A stretch of DNA of 64,000 nt from Cyanophora paradoxa CCMP329 (GCA_004431415.1 QPMI01000666.1:75118-139117); one strand, 5' to 3'. Shown: positions 15,231 to 34,149, counted from the stretch's first letter. The notes: generated from the letters alone by a model not told the origin. A program made the numbers and translations.

Positions 15231-15954
15231 TGCGGCCGCAGGTCGACCGTGCAGTCGTAGAAGACAAATAGGAACATGGATGCCGGCAGCGTCGTGAAGA
15301 AGGCGGTCAGGAACGACAGCGGCAGCGTGGTGAGGAAGGCGGTCAGGAACGCCAGCAGTGGAGAGATCTCGAGGAGAAGGAGCTCGAGAGGACAAGGCAT
15401 CGTCTCGAGATAGATCTAGAGGAGAGTCTGGAGGCTAGAGGTCTGGGGTCAGTGGCCAATCTCGCGCCTCCCTCCTCTGGCGGGACCCCGCGGCCGCGCG
15501 CCCGAGCTTGACACATTGATAGGCTCAATGTTCATCCTCGACCAGCTGGCACAGACAATGTCCAGCCCAAGAGATCAGACAAGGTCTACCACAGCTGAGC
15601 ACAAGATCAGCTCCGGGGGGCGATGGGTCTCCCACGGCACATCTCCCACTTGAGGTCTCGGATTCTGGCCTCGGCCTCGGCTGCGGCCTCCCGCTCACGC
15701 TCCGCCTGCTTCGACCATGACCATGACCATGACCCTGAATCGAATCAAATGAACTGACCATGTAGGGCCTGTGTGGGAAGAGCTTGAGCTTCTCGGGCAG
15801 CGGCTCGTAGCCCTCGTAGCACAGCTCCACATACTCGCACTCCGGGGGTGCGCCGTCTCCAGGACGCGCTTGAGAGCCGTGATGAGAGTCGCCGTGTCGG
15901 GGCGTTGGGGCTGCGAGTCGGGCGTTGCGAGTCGAATCATGCACATGAATGTAA

Positions 15955-16262
15955 TTTGTTGGCTTCCCGTAGACCTGCTCGTCTGCCTCTGTGCTCGGAC
16001 TCAATCAGGAAGCCTGCGAGCATGAATCGTACACGATCCGCAGGACCTGCAAGACATTGCCCGCGCCGTGCGCGAGCGCCCAACGGTGCGCCCACTCGTA
16101 AAGCTCGTGGCGAACAATGAGCTCGTCCGACGCGCCGCTGCCGGGCGGGGGCGTGCGAGCGGGGAGGCCGGGCGCGGGCAAGAGATCGACGATGCCCTGG
16201 GGGAAGGAGCGCGGCGAGCGCTTCCCTCCTCTGCTCGGGCCCCGCGCGCCCGAGCTTGATGT
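15955..16262 (-). repeat. Dispersed ~300-bp repeat family B, copy 1
   Basis: Reverse complement is near-identical to 40110-40419. Confidence 0.92.
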
Positions 16263-16626
16263 AATTGATGGGCGCGATGTTCATTTTTTTCCACCGGGCT
16301 ACACGTGAAAGAGTGGAAGTTAGTGGCCAAGTACAAGCAGGGGTATTCAGTTCTCGGACGAAAAAAGAGGTGCGTGTGAACTCCCGCCTCGTGCCATGCC
16401 CCTGCGCTCTGGATAGGCCGGAAGGTTGGAAAAGCGATGCGCGCCGTGCGGCGGGGCACAGCTAGCGGGCAATCTCAGCCGCACCCGTCGATGCCGCGCT
16501 GCTGTGGGCTGAGGCCGTCCCAATTCTGGATGTCGCTCGCTAGTAGCATAGAGCTGCGGGCCTGAGCGGTCGCACAGCCACGCCGGCCGCCGCCAGGGTC
16601 TCACGATCGCATGTGGTTCGTGCAGA

Positions 16627-17416
16627 ATGTCGTCCGACGAGGAGCATCTTGATGAGGTGCGAAAGCCACAGCGATCTTTCTGCCCAGACGTTCGCGAATC
16701 GGCCCTTACGGCCGTTCTAGGCGCACGACTTCAACGCGGAGCGCGCCGATGCGGGCGCGTCCACGACCATACCGCAGCAGGCCGGCACCATCCGCAAGGG
16801 CCACTTCATCGTGCTGAAGGGCCGCCCGTGCAAGGTCAGCAACGCGCGGGAGGAATGGAGCGCCTGTCGCCAGCTCAAGCGCTGTTCCATTCCAGGTCGT
16901 CGAGACCAGCACCTCGAAGACCGGCAAGCACGGCCACGCCAAGGTCAACTTCACCGGCATTGATATCTTCAACGGCAAGAAGTACGAGGATATGTGCCCG
17001 ACCTCGCACAACATGGACGTCCCGATCGTCAAGCGTGACGAGTTCGACGTGCGCCCGCTCGCGTGGGGCACCCAGCGCCAACACGAGTTCGATCTGCGCG
17101 TAGGTTGTCGACATTGACCACGATGGCTTCGTCAGTCTGATGGACAAGAAGGGTGAGATCAAGTCTGACCTGAAGGTGAGCGGGCGATCTCAAATGCGAT
17201 CGCCCGGGACGTGTGGTCTGATCGGGCGCCTCAGCTTCCCGACAACGAGATCGGCCAGCGCCTCAAGGCTGCGTTCGAGGAGGGCAAGAACCTGATCGCT
17301 GTCGTTCAGGAGGCGATGAACGAGGAGGCGATCATTGATCTCCGCGAGGTGACCTTCCCGGCGCGGGCACTACCGCACCCCGCCGACGGATCGTTTGCGC
17401 GCAGGCCACTAAGTAA
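16627..17416 (+). CDS. eIF5A: Translation factor eIF5A (5 introns)
   Basis: [30 protein letters not shown]|[17 protein letters not shown] (hypusine motif)...[10 protein letters not shown]; stop 17414-17416. Confidence 0.97.
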
Positions 17417-17470
17417 GCAACTCGCGCGGCATGAGGGGCAGCATCGACACCCTTCCACTGCTCCAGCTCA

Positions 17471-22535
<5,065 letters not shown>

Positions 22536-22739
22536 GAGGCCGGCCGCCGTGCGAGAGAACTCTCCCCCCAGTCTGAATCTCCGCCAGCGGGATCCGAACT
22601 CGTGTCACGTACGTGCATCCGGCCCGGGTACCGGCGTCGCACCAGCTCGACGTCTGCCGGGCGCCGCGGCGCCGGCCCGCCGGCGCCCGGCCCGGCCCGC
22701 GGCCGGCCGCACCGCGCGCGCGCGGCGCTCTCAGCTCAA

Positions 22740-23286
22740 GAATACTGATCCGATGCTTGCCTCCGCACTCGTGCCCGTCTACCTCCGCGTGGCCGAAGAC
22801 GACGCCGAAGCGCGCAGCCTCGACGATCGTCCGGGCACGTATCCGCGACTTTGGGTCCTCCAAGGCGTTGCCCCGCAATCGCTCGAACGAGACCTGATCC
22901 GAGCGCTCGACCTCGACCCCCGCCGCGCCCCCCGCACGGCCAAACGCGTACGTCAGATGCTAATCGAACGCGCGCGTCGACTCTGGGCCAGCCGGTGCGA
23001 GGTCAACGCAGCGTGGGAGCGGGACTGTCGCATCTCTCAAGTCTCCAAACGACGCCCGCGCCCGCCCCGCACAGGAGCTCGAGCTAAGGAACGCGTCCGC
23101 GGCCCCCGCGCCCCGATAGAGCTATGCACCACCTGCGGCGGACCCATGCACCTCCACAACGACCTTCGCGCAGCCCAGAATGCAGACTGCCCGCAGGAGT
23201 ACTTCGGATGGAAAGCAGCACCACAAGCCCAAGAGATCTACGACATCACCAAGGTTCGCCCCTGGAGTTCGTCCCCCCTCGATTAA
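22740..23286 (+). mobile_element. Probable 5'-truncated non-LTR retrotransposon ORF2 C-terminal fragment
   Basis: Intronless frame with LQGVAP...LWASRCEVNAAWERDCRISQVSK and a CxxC..H..H..C cluster, like the W..RC....WE tail of L1/Tx1-type ORF2; no RT domain visible. Confidence 0.4.
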
Positions 23287-24438
23287 CTAGCTAGCACCCG
23301 TGGGGGAGGGGGGGGGAGGGGCTACAACTGGAGGAGACGCGGAGACTCCATCACCAAGACCCACCTGTGACGACCTCACTCTTAGCCTATCACCTACGGC
23401 CGCTCGCCGGGCCCTCGCGTCCGCCGCCGACCCGCCGCTGCCTGCGCGACATGCGCTGTCATACCGCTCCCGCTCCCGCCGACAAGCTCGCTTCACGCCG
23501 CCGCCGCCGCTGCCGCCCACTCTGCCCCCTCTCTTCCGTCACCCTGGATGCTCGACCCCTCGGCCGCACCCCTCCCCCCCTGCCTCTGCCCGACCTGCTG
23601 ATTTCCCGCTGCGCCAGGGAGGGGACGGGCTGCCGGACGGAAGGTCGTCTGTCGGCCGCTGAACCCACCTGTACCTGCCCCGGCCACGAGCCAGGCCGGG
23701 GCGGTCAGACCGCCGCGGAGGGGGGCTCGTCATTGCCCGTGGCCGGGGGGAGTCGGTCGGCGGGCGGCTGGAAGCCCGGCGGAACGCAGGCGCCACTGGA
23801 ACCTCCCTCTCCTCGACCGCGGCCGCCCGACCCGGTCCTCCCCCGCCCCTTCCCACCGCCCCACGCCCTCCCATGCCGTATCCCCCGCCCCCCTCCCCCC
23901 GACCAAATCTTCCCCGATGCTCTGATCCTGGCGGCTCCACCAGGCTTGCTCTCTGACAAGCGAGCCCCCGGCCCGCACCCGCCATGCCGACGACATGGCG
24001 GGCCGTACCCTAGCGTGTACAGAGTGGTTTAGATTATAGAGTGCCTTCCCGGAGGCCCTAGCTAACTATGCAATTAGCTAGCCGCTGAGCTGAGTCTTGC
24101 AATTGATATCGACCGTCACGGCGTTCCGAAGTTCAACGGTTCCAGTTGCAAATTGTCACCATTACGTGTGACTCAGTGAGCCACTGACTCAGTGAGCCTC
24201 GGAGCCACACATTGAATTCGAATTCAAATTCGAATTCGAACTCGGAAGCCGTTGCTCATGATCTGATTATGAGCAGCAGTGCTAGCCAGTGCAGCTCCAG
24301 ACATGCTATTTTGTGCATCAAAATAGATGGACATGATAGGATCTGAAATATTCCAGTATATTAAAATCTGTCCAAATCAATTAGGGGGCTGGTAAACTAA
24401 CTGAAACACGATTCACTTAAGCGAAAAGCAAAAGATGC

Positions 24439-27131
24439 TCAGCGACTGTAGCTATCTGTCCCGCCGAGATGCAGTCCGGGGTCCAGCTGCGGAGGTACCG
24501 GTTGGGGTGCTGCGGCCTGCGGAACGGGAGCCAGCTGCGGACGCGGGGGTGCTGCGGCCGACGGTAGGGGTGTGGCGGCCGCCACGCTGAGGCGTCTTGG
24601 GGCGGGGCAGCAGCTCATCGCCGCTCGCGGAGCTTGCGGAGCGACCATAAGACCCTACCCTGCCGCCACCCGCCCTGTGGGCATCCCGCGAGGCGGCGTC
24701 TGATTCACTCCCCTCGACAATCTGGCTCTCCTCATCGCTCCCCGCCCGCGTTCGGCGGGCCCGCGCCTTCACCGGAGTCTTGATCGGCGTCTGGCGCCCC
24801 CTCACAGCGCCCACTCCCCCTCGCTTCCCTGCCCCCGGCGACGGGTCAGCAGCCGCAAGCAGATCGACGTGCAGGCGTGTTCGTCACCTCCCGAGGGTAA
24901 GTCCTCCTCCTCCTCGTCCTCGTGTTCTTCTTCGTCCTCCAACTCGGGCGGCCCCCGCTGCTGCTTCCGTCTTGGCCCCTTCGACTTGGAACGGCCTCGA
25001 GCCGCATCGTCCCCCTCGCTCTCCTCCTCGTCCCGTTTGCGTGCTGCAGCGGCGACGCCCCGCCCGCCCTTTCCACAGCGCTCCTCCTCCTCCGTGTCTC
25101 CATCCTCGCTCCCGTCGGCCTCCTCACCTTCGTCGCTGTCCGTCCCACGCCAGGTAGCCCCTTGGGCCCTCCCGCCAAGCTTTTCGGGCGCCAGCCTTCT
25201 CCGCCCTGGCGCCACGCCGGAGCCCTCGGCGGGCGGCTCGCGTTTCGGGCGCCAGCCTTCGCCGCACTGCGGGGCGCGGGTGTCGGAGACGGGGAGCAGG
25301 GTGGGCGGGCGAGGTGCGCACGGAGGGCCCGAAGATGGCCTTGAGGAGGGGCAGCGGGGGCACGGAGCCCGGCGGCGGCGCGGCGGGGGCCTTGGGTTCC
25401 TTGATCTCCTCGTGGACGTGAAGGAGGGAGAGCGGGGCGAGGGCAAAGGGGTCGACCTGCAGGGCCGCCCCCGCCGCGGAGGCCGGCGACGCGAGCAGGT
25501 CCTCCGACGCCACCACCGACGCCCCCTGCGCCCCGCTCGACCCCGCGTGGCGCGGCGCGGGGGGCGGCGGGCCTGCGAGCTGTGCCACTGGCCGGAGAGA
25601 GCGTTGAGCTTGCGCAGCACGCCCACCGGCACCTGCGGCGGGGCTCGGCGGAGTCCGGCGGGCGACGGAAGGGGCCCCGCACGGGCTTCTCCTCGACCTC
25701 GTCGGGCCGGATCGAGAGGAGGAGCTGCTCGATCTGCAGCGTCGAGAGGTGCGGGCACACGCTGTCCCGCACGTCCCGGTCCACCTGCCGCCCGCTTGCC
25801 CTCCGCACGCAGACGTGTGGGGCAGCGAGAAGTCGCACGAGCTTGGCTCGCTCCAGGATGAGAACGTTCAGGCTCTCCCAGGTCCGCGTAAGCCGGGCCC
25901 TGCGGCCGCCACTAGGGCTCGGACTCGCGCGGGGGCGCGGGGGGAGGGCGGGGGTCCGCGGCTGCGCACGCAGGGGCGTCCAGGTCGAAGGCATTCTTCT
26001 GGGAGCGGATCCCTGCGGTGCGTGAGCGAGGCCGGCGGGGCGGGGAGTCCCGGCGCACAGTCAAGGATGAGGGAGACGTTCAGGCGGGCGGTGAAGGCGG
26101 AGGCGGGGGAGCAGGTCTTGCCGCCCCGCGTGAGGAGCGCGTTGAAGAGGGAGGCGTCGAGGAAACCGAACAAGGCATGGAAGAGCTGTGCGTTGTCCAG
26201 GGGTCAAAAGGCGCATAGGAAGATTTGAAAGGGGCGCCACCTGCCGCAGCACCGAGCCCGGCAGCCGCCCCTTCTTGCACGCCTGCAGCACCGCCCCGAG
26301 CAACTTCAGCAGCGTGCGCCGCACCGTCACCTCTGCCCGAGGTGCCTTCCCCTCCCTGCCGGCAAAAGGCCTAGCTTAGCGCTTGGCGCGCGCGGACGAA
26401 GCCGGGGCATGGGCGGGGCGGGCCGCACGAGGGAAGGTCGAGCACGGCGTACTCTCCGCCCTCCTGCTCGAAGACGCACTCGGCGAGCATGCCGGAGAGG
26501 CCGAAGGTCACGTTGCGGGCGAGGGCGACGTACGCCCGCCCGCACGCCCCCGTCACCTCGCGTATCGCCGCCCACAGCGGCTCCCCGAACCCCTCCTGCG
26601 CCCCCCAGTCGCGAAACCGGCCCCCAGTGGCGAGGGCACCTCGCCTTGGGACCTGCCCCGGGGGCGTCGTCCGGTGGGGGCCCGGCAGCGTGGCGGAGGA
26701 GGGCGACAAGAGTGACAGTGTGCGCTAGCCAGTACACCAGCTCCTGCGGCGGGACCCGCTCGCCCGGCCCGGCACAGGAGCCGGCTGCGGGCCCCTCGCA
26801 CCTGCGTGTCGTAGCAAGCGCGCTGCGGGCGGAAAGCGTCAGGACTGGCGTGCATGGCACGGGGTGAGGGCTCGCCTGCACGGCCTCGTCGATTGCCCCA
26901 ACGGCACCCAGCACGAAAGGCTTGAGCGGAGCGGCGCCCGTCTGCAGCTTGCTGGCACACCCCGCGGGGTGCCGGCTTTCCTGCGCAGCGCACCTTGCTC
27001 ACGTGCGCGATGCTCCTCGCGAGGAGGGCAGCCGAGAGCGGCACGGTCCCCGCCCCCGCCCACCTGCTCTCTTTGGCGACGCGCAAGGGTTGGTGCAAGG
27101 GGAAGGTACCGGTCGGGGGAAGGGGGAAGAG

Positions 27132-27163
<32 letters not shown>

Positions 27164-27290
27164 CGAGAATGCGGGCAGGGGTCGCGCGAACCGGGACCGA
27201 GGACTAGGGCGCGCGCTGCCTCCCGCGCACCCTCCTCGTCCACCAGAGGTTTCCCTGCACCAACCCGTTACGTTCAACCTCGGCTGGCCC
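24439..27290 (-). CDS. Dilute (DIL) domain protein with a low-complexity tail; ends approximate
   Basis: LVYWLAHT; QLFHALFGFLDASLFNALLTRG..CS...ARLNVS; LNVLILE; CPHLSTLQIEQLLLSIRPDE are myosin-V/AF-6 DIL hallmarks. Confidence 0.75.
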
Positions 27291-27498
27291 CATCGGTCTC
27301 GATACGCCTCCGCTTGTCCCGTTAGAGCAGCCCCGCCCTGCTAGCGCTCTCCCGCTGGCCGTTCACGTATGGGTCTGATGTGGATTGTGGGGTACAGAGC
27401 GATTGAGTCTGGAGCGGGGGTTGGCCCTCAGCCCCTGCCACGCAGGCGAAGGCGGCCAAAGAAACCGGCTGCGTGCCTAATGAGCGCTCGCAGGGCGT

Positions 27499-29173
27499 CT
27501 ACCGTTCTCCCGGCCGCCCACCCGCCCCTCGCGCACCGATCGATTTGCCTGTAGCGGATGCCGCAGGCGGGTTGCTGCTGCGCGCGCCCGATCCCGCCCG
27601 CGCCAGCGGTCGCGGCGCCTCGCTCAGCCCCTCCTCGTCCTCATCATCATCATCATCCTCGTCGTCCTCGGCGTCCTGCGGGGCGAATCGGCCGGCGTCG
27701 GCAAAAAAGGGCGGGAAAGGGGCGGGACGGGGCGGACGTCGACGCCGCGGGCGACGTGCCAGAGGGTCTCGATGAGGGAGAACGCCTCGTCCCGGAACAG
27801 GAAGGAGGTTAGGAAGTGCTGCGGGCCCCTCAGAGGCCGCCAACGCCCTGGGCGCGGCTGCCCTCGCCTTGGCGCCGTCGGCCATCGTGATCTCGATGGC
27901 GTTAGGTACGATGAGCGCCGTGTTCTTCTTCTCCACCGCCGTCACCTCCCGCAACGCCATCGTCTCCTGCGAGCGCCCCTCAGCGCCCCCCCCTCATCTC
28001 GCCGGGGCGGCTGCGGCGGCAGGCGCGCCGTGGTGTCGCCGAATACGGTGGAGCGGAAACCGAGGAAGTTCTTGAAAACGAAGAGCTTGCCATGCAGAAG
28101 CACCTTCTTCTGAATCGCACAGCTGTACTCTGCGCCGCCCCGTGTGAGCACCGACCGCGCCGCCCCTCTTTGAGCCGCCCGCCTGTCGTCAGCCGCTCTG
28201 CGACGGGGAGGTTGAAGATGCGCTGAAAGTTGGCGTCCCGCTCCTCCTCCGCCCGTTTTTCCTCCTACCGCCGCACTCGTCAGCCGCGCGAAAGGGGAAA
28301 GGGAGAAGAGGGGAAGTTGGACCTTGGCGTGGCCGAAGTGGTCGTCGATGCGCCTGATAGCGTTCTCGGCCCGCTCCTCCGGCGTCGCGAAGACCTCCAG
28401 CACGTCAATCGCCTGCGCGCCGCCCCGCTCATCTCCCCTCCCGCCGCCGTCGGCCGTACCCCGGGTCACCTTCACTGTCTTTGTTCCAATCTGCAACCAC
28501 AGTAGTTTCTTAGTCTTAGCAAGGGGCTTCCCCAGGTGGCCGAACCCGCGCACCTCAGATACTCGCTGAGCGGTTTTGATGCCGGCGTCCTTCACGGCCT
28601 GGGCCGCAGTATTCACAGCCTGCGGAGAGTGAGGCGGTGAGACGGGCAATGTGTTCATCGCTTGCGGCTGCGGCGACGGTGGCAGGCCTCGACAGGGATC
28701 ATGACGGCGTTCCTCGCCATCACCAGCTTGTCCCGAATCGAAGAAGCCGCTCGCGCAGGCGGCGCAGGCCTTGAAGACGCTGCCGAATCACTGGCCGCGT
28801 CTGATCTCTGATCTGCAAGATACTCTCCTGGGCTATCCGGTGGGGGAGCCGCCAGCACTGGTTGTGAGGCGTCGTCCTCTGCGGCAGCGCTCCTCGTGCC
28901 CCCTCTCCTAGCTGTCTTCGAGGTCTTTGCGGCAGTACGCGCCCGCGTCTTCTTCGGCGGCCCGTCCTCCTCAGGCGCTGGAAGGCTCTCCAGTGCTGCG
29001 CGGCCCTTTGGAGCAGGCGCGGCCCTTTCGTCTGCATCGTCGTCTCGGGCCGCAGCTCTTCTGCTGGAATGTCGAGCCGGCGGCGGAGGGCTCGAGTCGC
29101 TGCCGTCGTCCTCTCGAAGCGCAGAGCGACGCGGCCTCTCCGGCGTAGCGCGCGCCTTCTGTCGCAACGACAT
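27499..29173 (-). CDS. GRAM-domain protein
   Basis: YSCAIQKKVLLHGKLFVFKNFLGFRSTVFG...VEKKNTALIVPNAIEI...HFLTSFLFRDEAFSLI. Confidence 0.85.
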
Positions 29174-29274
29174 GCGCTAAGTGGATGCTCCTGCGCTCCT
29201 CTAAATCCGCGCTGCCGCTGCTCGAAACGACTCCGGAGAGACTGTACCCCCCGCTCAGCGGGTACAGTCCCAAA

Positions 29275-29320
29275 AGCGACAAAGCGGCACGTCGCCAAAG
29301 AGCGACAAAGCGGCACGTCG
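29275..29320. promoter_or_regulatory. 20-bp direct repeat in the short divergent GRAM/QCR10 intergenic region
   Basis: AGCGACAAAGCGGCACGTCG at 29275 and 29301, ending 7 nt before the QCR10 ATG; function inferred. Confidence 0.4.
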
Positions 29321-29327
29321 AATCACC

Positions 29328-29558
29328 ATGTTCAACACGCCCATCGGATTCGTGATTCGTCTGTACAGCCCCAAGAAGGTCGATTTCGCAGCGGCCGCGC
29401 GCTGGGGCACTCTTGGTGGGGGTCTGGCGTTGTGGTGCGCCGTCTCCTGCGCGTGCATCGGCAGTGCTATCAATTGCTGAAGCATTCTCAGGTACATCCA
29501 GCCGTGGGACTTTCTTTCGAACCTCGTGGGCGCCAAGAAGGAGGGCGACAAGGCGTAG
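29328..29558 (+). CDS. QCR10: Cytochrome bc1 complex small subunit QCR10 (plant UCRY-like), one intron 29435-29491
   Basis: Spliced MFNTPIGFVIRLYSPKKVDFAAAARWGTLGGGLALWYIQPWDFLSNLVGAKKEGDKA*; matches the plant pattern DxxAAAxWGxxxxxxAxWxxQP; absent from the ORF track. Confidence 0.75.
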
Positions 29559-29706
29559 GCCGATCGTCCAGGAGCCCAAACTAGCGCGGCGCGGCCTTCT
29601 CTGCCGGCCGGCTAGAGTAGCGTAGCTCGTAGTACTTCTCAATTCACTCAATTCAGTAACTCTTATTATCTCTCGTTATCCTCTCTCGCATCCCCTTGCG
29701 TCAACG

Positions 29707-30973
29707 ATGTTTATGGACATGTGCGTCAACGCCTCGGGCGAAGCCGAGCTACGCCTGCGGGATACCGTCGCTCTTCTCGTGAAACGTGCGCTTTTGGCAC
29801 CTCCGCCGCGCATGTTCGTGCGTTCACTGCGCACACTTCGTGCAGTTGGCTATGACGGCTGCGCTCTGAACACAACTGTAACTGGCAAGATCGGCCCGCA
29901 GCATGTTCGTCTCCAGAGAAACTTGAACGCGTATTTCATAACAGTACATGTGCTCAGATATGCAACCTCGCGCCCGTCCTGGTTGGCGACGCTGGCAGAG
30001 CAGCGCTTGCTGTCAGCGGCGGCCAACCGGTCGCTGGGTTCCGGCAGCTGACCCGCATTACTGTCGTTGTTGATCAGCCTGCTGATGTGTACCAGTTGGT
30101 ACGTATCCTCCCAGGTAGGCCTGCGTTGCACCCCGCCAACCCCCACTGCAGAACCCCGGCAATCAAGCCGTGCGTTCGTACGATCTTGTGGCAGTCCGAC
30201 CCACGTCCGAAAAAGCTTTTCAGGTCAGCATATGTCTTCTTCAGATTTGCGTTCCTTTGCGTCACACGATCTCCCAGCTCGCGTGTGCGTCAGCTGACGT
30301 GGATATCATTTCGCTCGACATGTCAGCTCGCCTTCCATTCACTCTTCGGCACCAGATTGTATCCCAGGTCTGTTCCCATCGACGTGTAGCTTCGTGGCTG
30401 GTTCTAAATGTCATCCCAGGCTATCGATCGAGGTGTCTTCTTTGAGATCACAACAGCACCCGCCTTGAAAGGTGGGACATACGAGACCCTCCAGCAGTGT
30501 GCTGCGACGATTACTCATTTCTCTCGATAGATGCAACCGCCCGGCGCTACGTGATCTCGAACGCAATTGCTCTCTTCCGTGCCACAAGGGGGAAAAACCT
30601 GGTTCTATCTAGCGGTGCAACTCTACCAATCGACATCCGAGGGCCTTACGACCTTATTAACCTGTATGGCCCACTCCTTGTTTTTTTTTTCTGGTGGCTT
30701 TTCGCGCTGCCTTGACACTTCGGTATGTGGCAGGGGCACAGTCATGGGGATGAACCACGAGAAATCGAAGAACGCAATATCCACAAGCTGCCGCTCAGCT
30801 GTCATTCATGCAGGTGCTGCAAAACACTGTGCTGGGGTTCTGTTTCCCTATCTCACAGCAATCGTTTCCATGCAGAAACGAGGAAAGTGCATCGGTCCAT
30901 GGTCCGGGTGGTGGAGTCATCAGCCGCAACGGTCGAGGAGGCTCCATCAAGCCGCAAGCGTCAACGAACGTGA
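29707..30973 (+). CDS. RPP30: RNase P/MRP subunit p30 (Rpp1), intron-containing
   Basis: GYDGCALN; QLTRITV; YDLVAVRPTSEKAFQ; DVDIISLD; GVFFEI; RATRGKNLVLSSGA...IRGPYDLINL. Confidence 0.93.
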
Positions 30974-31288
30974 CGATTCATATTATCGGTTTTGGCTAAG
31001 CGATGCTCGTCTGCATAAAAAAAGCTTGAGAGGCTCGCCGAGAGGCCAACGCAGGCACGCATGTGCAGGGCCCGATTGGCGATGCTGCACTCGTCATATG
31101 GGGAGGCGCATGCATGTTACTCCCTTTGAGGCCACCGCATGCACACATGCACAGGGCCCGGCTGGCCAGCTTGCAATTGCCTCAGCTATCGTACCAGCTG
31201 CAGTGGGCTGTGCGGATGTGCCAGCGCCGGTGTCGGCGTCCGCAGCTGTGGCGACAACGCTAGGCTGCAGTGTATATTTCGCATTAAT

Positions 31289-31418
31289 ATTTGCACACGT
31301 GCTAAAACGCAGGTCCGGGCTACAAGTGTGGGAATGTACACTGCGGCCGCCGCGGCCGCGGGCCCAGCCCACCAGCGAGCTGGCGCCGGCCGGCCGGGCC
31401 CTGCGTGGCCCCCTAATG
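31289..31418 (+). repeat. Repeat family A, full copy
   Basis: Near-identical to 13148-13288. Confidence 0.9.
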
Positions 31419-34149
31419 AGAGTAATGCGCCTCCCCGCGGACACTCTGGCTAGCTAGAGCTACGTGTGCCCGCACGGCGTGGTGTCATCGCGTCTTGAAG
31501 CGGCCGGGGTCATCTCGGGGCGGTGGCGGGAGCCCCTATAGCTACGGGCCCTGGGGAGGGGGGGGGGGGGGGGCCGACATGTACATGGAGTCGACGGAGT
31601 CGCCGCGCGCCGCGCGCCACGCGCCCGGGGCCCCGACCCGCCCCGCCCGCCGAGCCGCGCCGCCGCGCCGCGGCGCGCCGCGCCCCCGTCCCACCTGCCG
31701 AGCTGCGCCGCCGCCTGTCGCGCCTGGCGAGCCGCGCCGACCGCTGCCCGACCATCCCGCCCGTCACGGCGCCGACCTCGCGTCGCGCAGCCGGCCGCTG
31801 CGCGCTCCCGCGTGCCGCGCCCGGTTAGCACGGCGAGTCGACGTCGACGTCGCGGAGGGCCAGCTAGGACCGCGCGGGCCAGGCGCGCGCGGGGACACGC
31901 GTACGTATACGTATACGCGTACGGGAGCTCGAGGCCTAGGGCGGCGGCGCGCGCGGCTCGCCGGCAGAGCGGCTGCGCGATATCGATCATGCTTAGCTGC
32001 ACGCTGCAAGGCTGTAGGCTGCCGCGGTGCAGCCGCGTCTGCATAGCGCCCTCGCTATCGCTAGATCTAGACCTAGATCGCATGCCGCAATGCCGCGCGC
32101 CTGGGTTCTGGGCGCCACTTCTGGCATGTTCTGCAAGCCTGTGTTGCCCCGGTGTTGGCGGACTCCAGGCGGACTCCTGGCGGAGCCGGGCCGGGCTACA
32201 GCAAAAAGACTTTTGCCGACGGAAAAAAGACCGACTTGCGAACTGGCCGACTTGGACAGCGTGACAGACAATCCGACGGGCCGGGTAGCAAGGGGGGTTT
32301 GAGCAGTTGACCCCCCCTTGCAATATATACGTACTCACCCAGGAAATTAAAGCCCTGCTTAGTTAACGTTCATCTTCCTGCGCTCTTGCTTTAATTTGTG
32401 AATGAGAATGCGACGCCATCGATATATATCCCGTACCCCTCATGAGCATCATGATCATGATCAACCACCTTGGCCCCCCCCACAACTGGCTTGAACCTGC
32501 AAATTAATGCAAATTACACAAAGTTAAAGCACTCGCTTTAGAGAGTTGCAATTGGGACATGTACAGCCTGGCAGAGCTCGAGTAGGTGCGTAGCGCCTTG
32601 AAGCTGTACATGTGCAGAATTGAGCGTATTTCCTGTCATTGTTCACCCCCCTACCAACCGCGCGCCACCGGTGGGTAACTTAGTAACAGTCAGCGGGCGC
32701 CGGCCCCGGCCCACCAACCGGTACTGGCCATGGGTGCCCCGGGGTTGAGGTCGACTGCCAGGCTGTGCCCAGCCCTATATATATCCATGGCCAGGTTCTT
32801 GAAGCCCCTACACCCTGGCATAGCATGTGGGGCCTTAGCCCCAGGTCTGTTCCCATTTACATAATACTTAGCCCAGACGTCGACCTTATAATTATAATTA
32901 ACTTATATTAGAAAGCTTGGCCATGGGCGCCGGCCCCGGGGACGTCGATGTGAATTCATGGCCATGGGCACGTTGACGTCGGCGTCCAGATATATCGATA
33001 TCGATATCGATATCGATATAGTAACAATATATTAATAATGCTAAGCTTGAGCTCCCCTTAATTCCAACCTCTAGATCTAATCGTGCGCTCGTGCTAGCAA
33101 GGCCCCGGCCCGGTTATCTTAAAATTGTTTTAGCGCGGCGAATTCGAAACTGGATCACAATCGATATCGCGCTTATCTTAGGTCAGGGGGGTACAATCAC
33201 GCGAGACCCGAAGAAGCCGCGGCCGCGGCGCCAGCTGCAGCTGCAGCTGCAGCGAGCCTCAGCAGCTAGCTCCAGATAACGTGCTACGTGCTCTAGCTAC
33301 GTGCTCTAGATAACGAGCTAGCTCAGTGCCAGGAACCAGCGCTCGAGCTCCTAGGTCCGGCAAGAGTAACATGGATTCGACAGCGCAGTCCGTGAGATCG
33401 GACGCGCTTGCGAAGTCCTCGCCGCACCTGGCTGGCACGCTCAACATGACGGGAACGCTCTCAGCGAGCACCACTCTCCGCCAAACCTTTACCGTGCGCC
33501 AAATTCGTATCGCCGCTCAATGAAATCACTGAACGCACGGTCAGATCGGAAAAGACTGTAAGCAGAGCTCCGTGCGACTACCTGTGTTCAATGCGCTCGA
33601 CTCATTGTCTTCGTAGACGATGCAGCTTTTTTCAAAGAAAGAAGCCTGCGGGGAACAGATCCAGGGCGAGCCCCGGTTATCTTCAATTTTTTTTGTATAT
33701 CTAAATCAGATGCAGGAGCATGCTGTCCGCGCCTTACCATGCGCCTCGAGCGGGCTACCGCGGTCTGGCTCAGATTCCGAACCCATACGAAAGTCTTCCG
33801 TGCACATATGCAGGTCGACAAGGTCTGTCGTTCTCCGTGGCCTCGCAACCTGACTGTTTTTTCAGGAACAAAATGGAATCTCATGGACTCGGAAGATGTC
33901 CGACCTGGTTTCGTTGCTTCGCACCATAGCATTCGTATGTTCGCCCCCATAACTATCCGCACTACATCCTGATGTACCCTGTCAGCTTGGCACAAAACGA
34001 TGACACAGCAAATGCGAGAGTTCACCAACGATGACACAAAACCTCTGTAAAAGTTTCCAAACAGTTTCAGAACTGTTCAGAACAGTTCCCAAAAGCTTCT
34101 GATCTTTCATGCCAAATAGCTAGCTAGGCTACTTGGCTAGAGCTATGTA

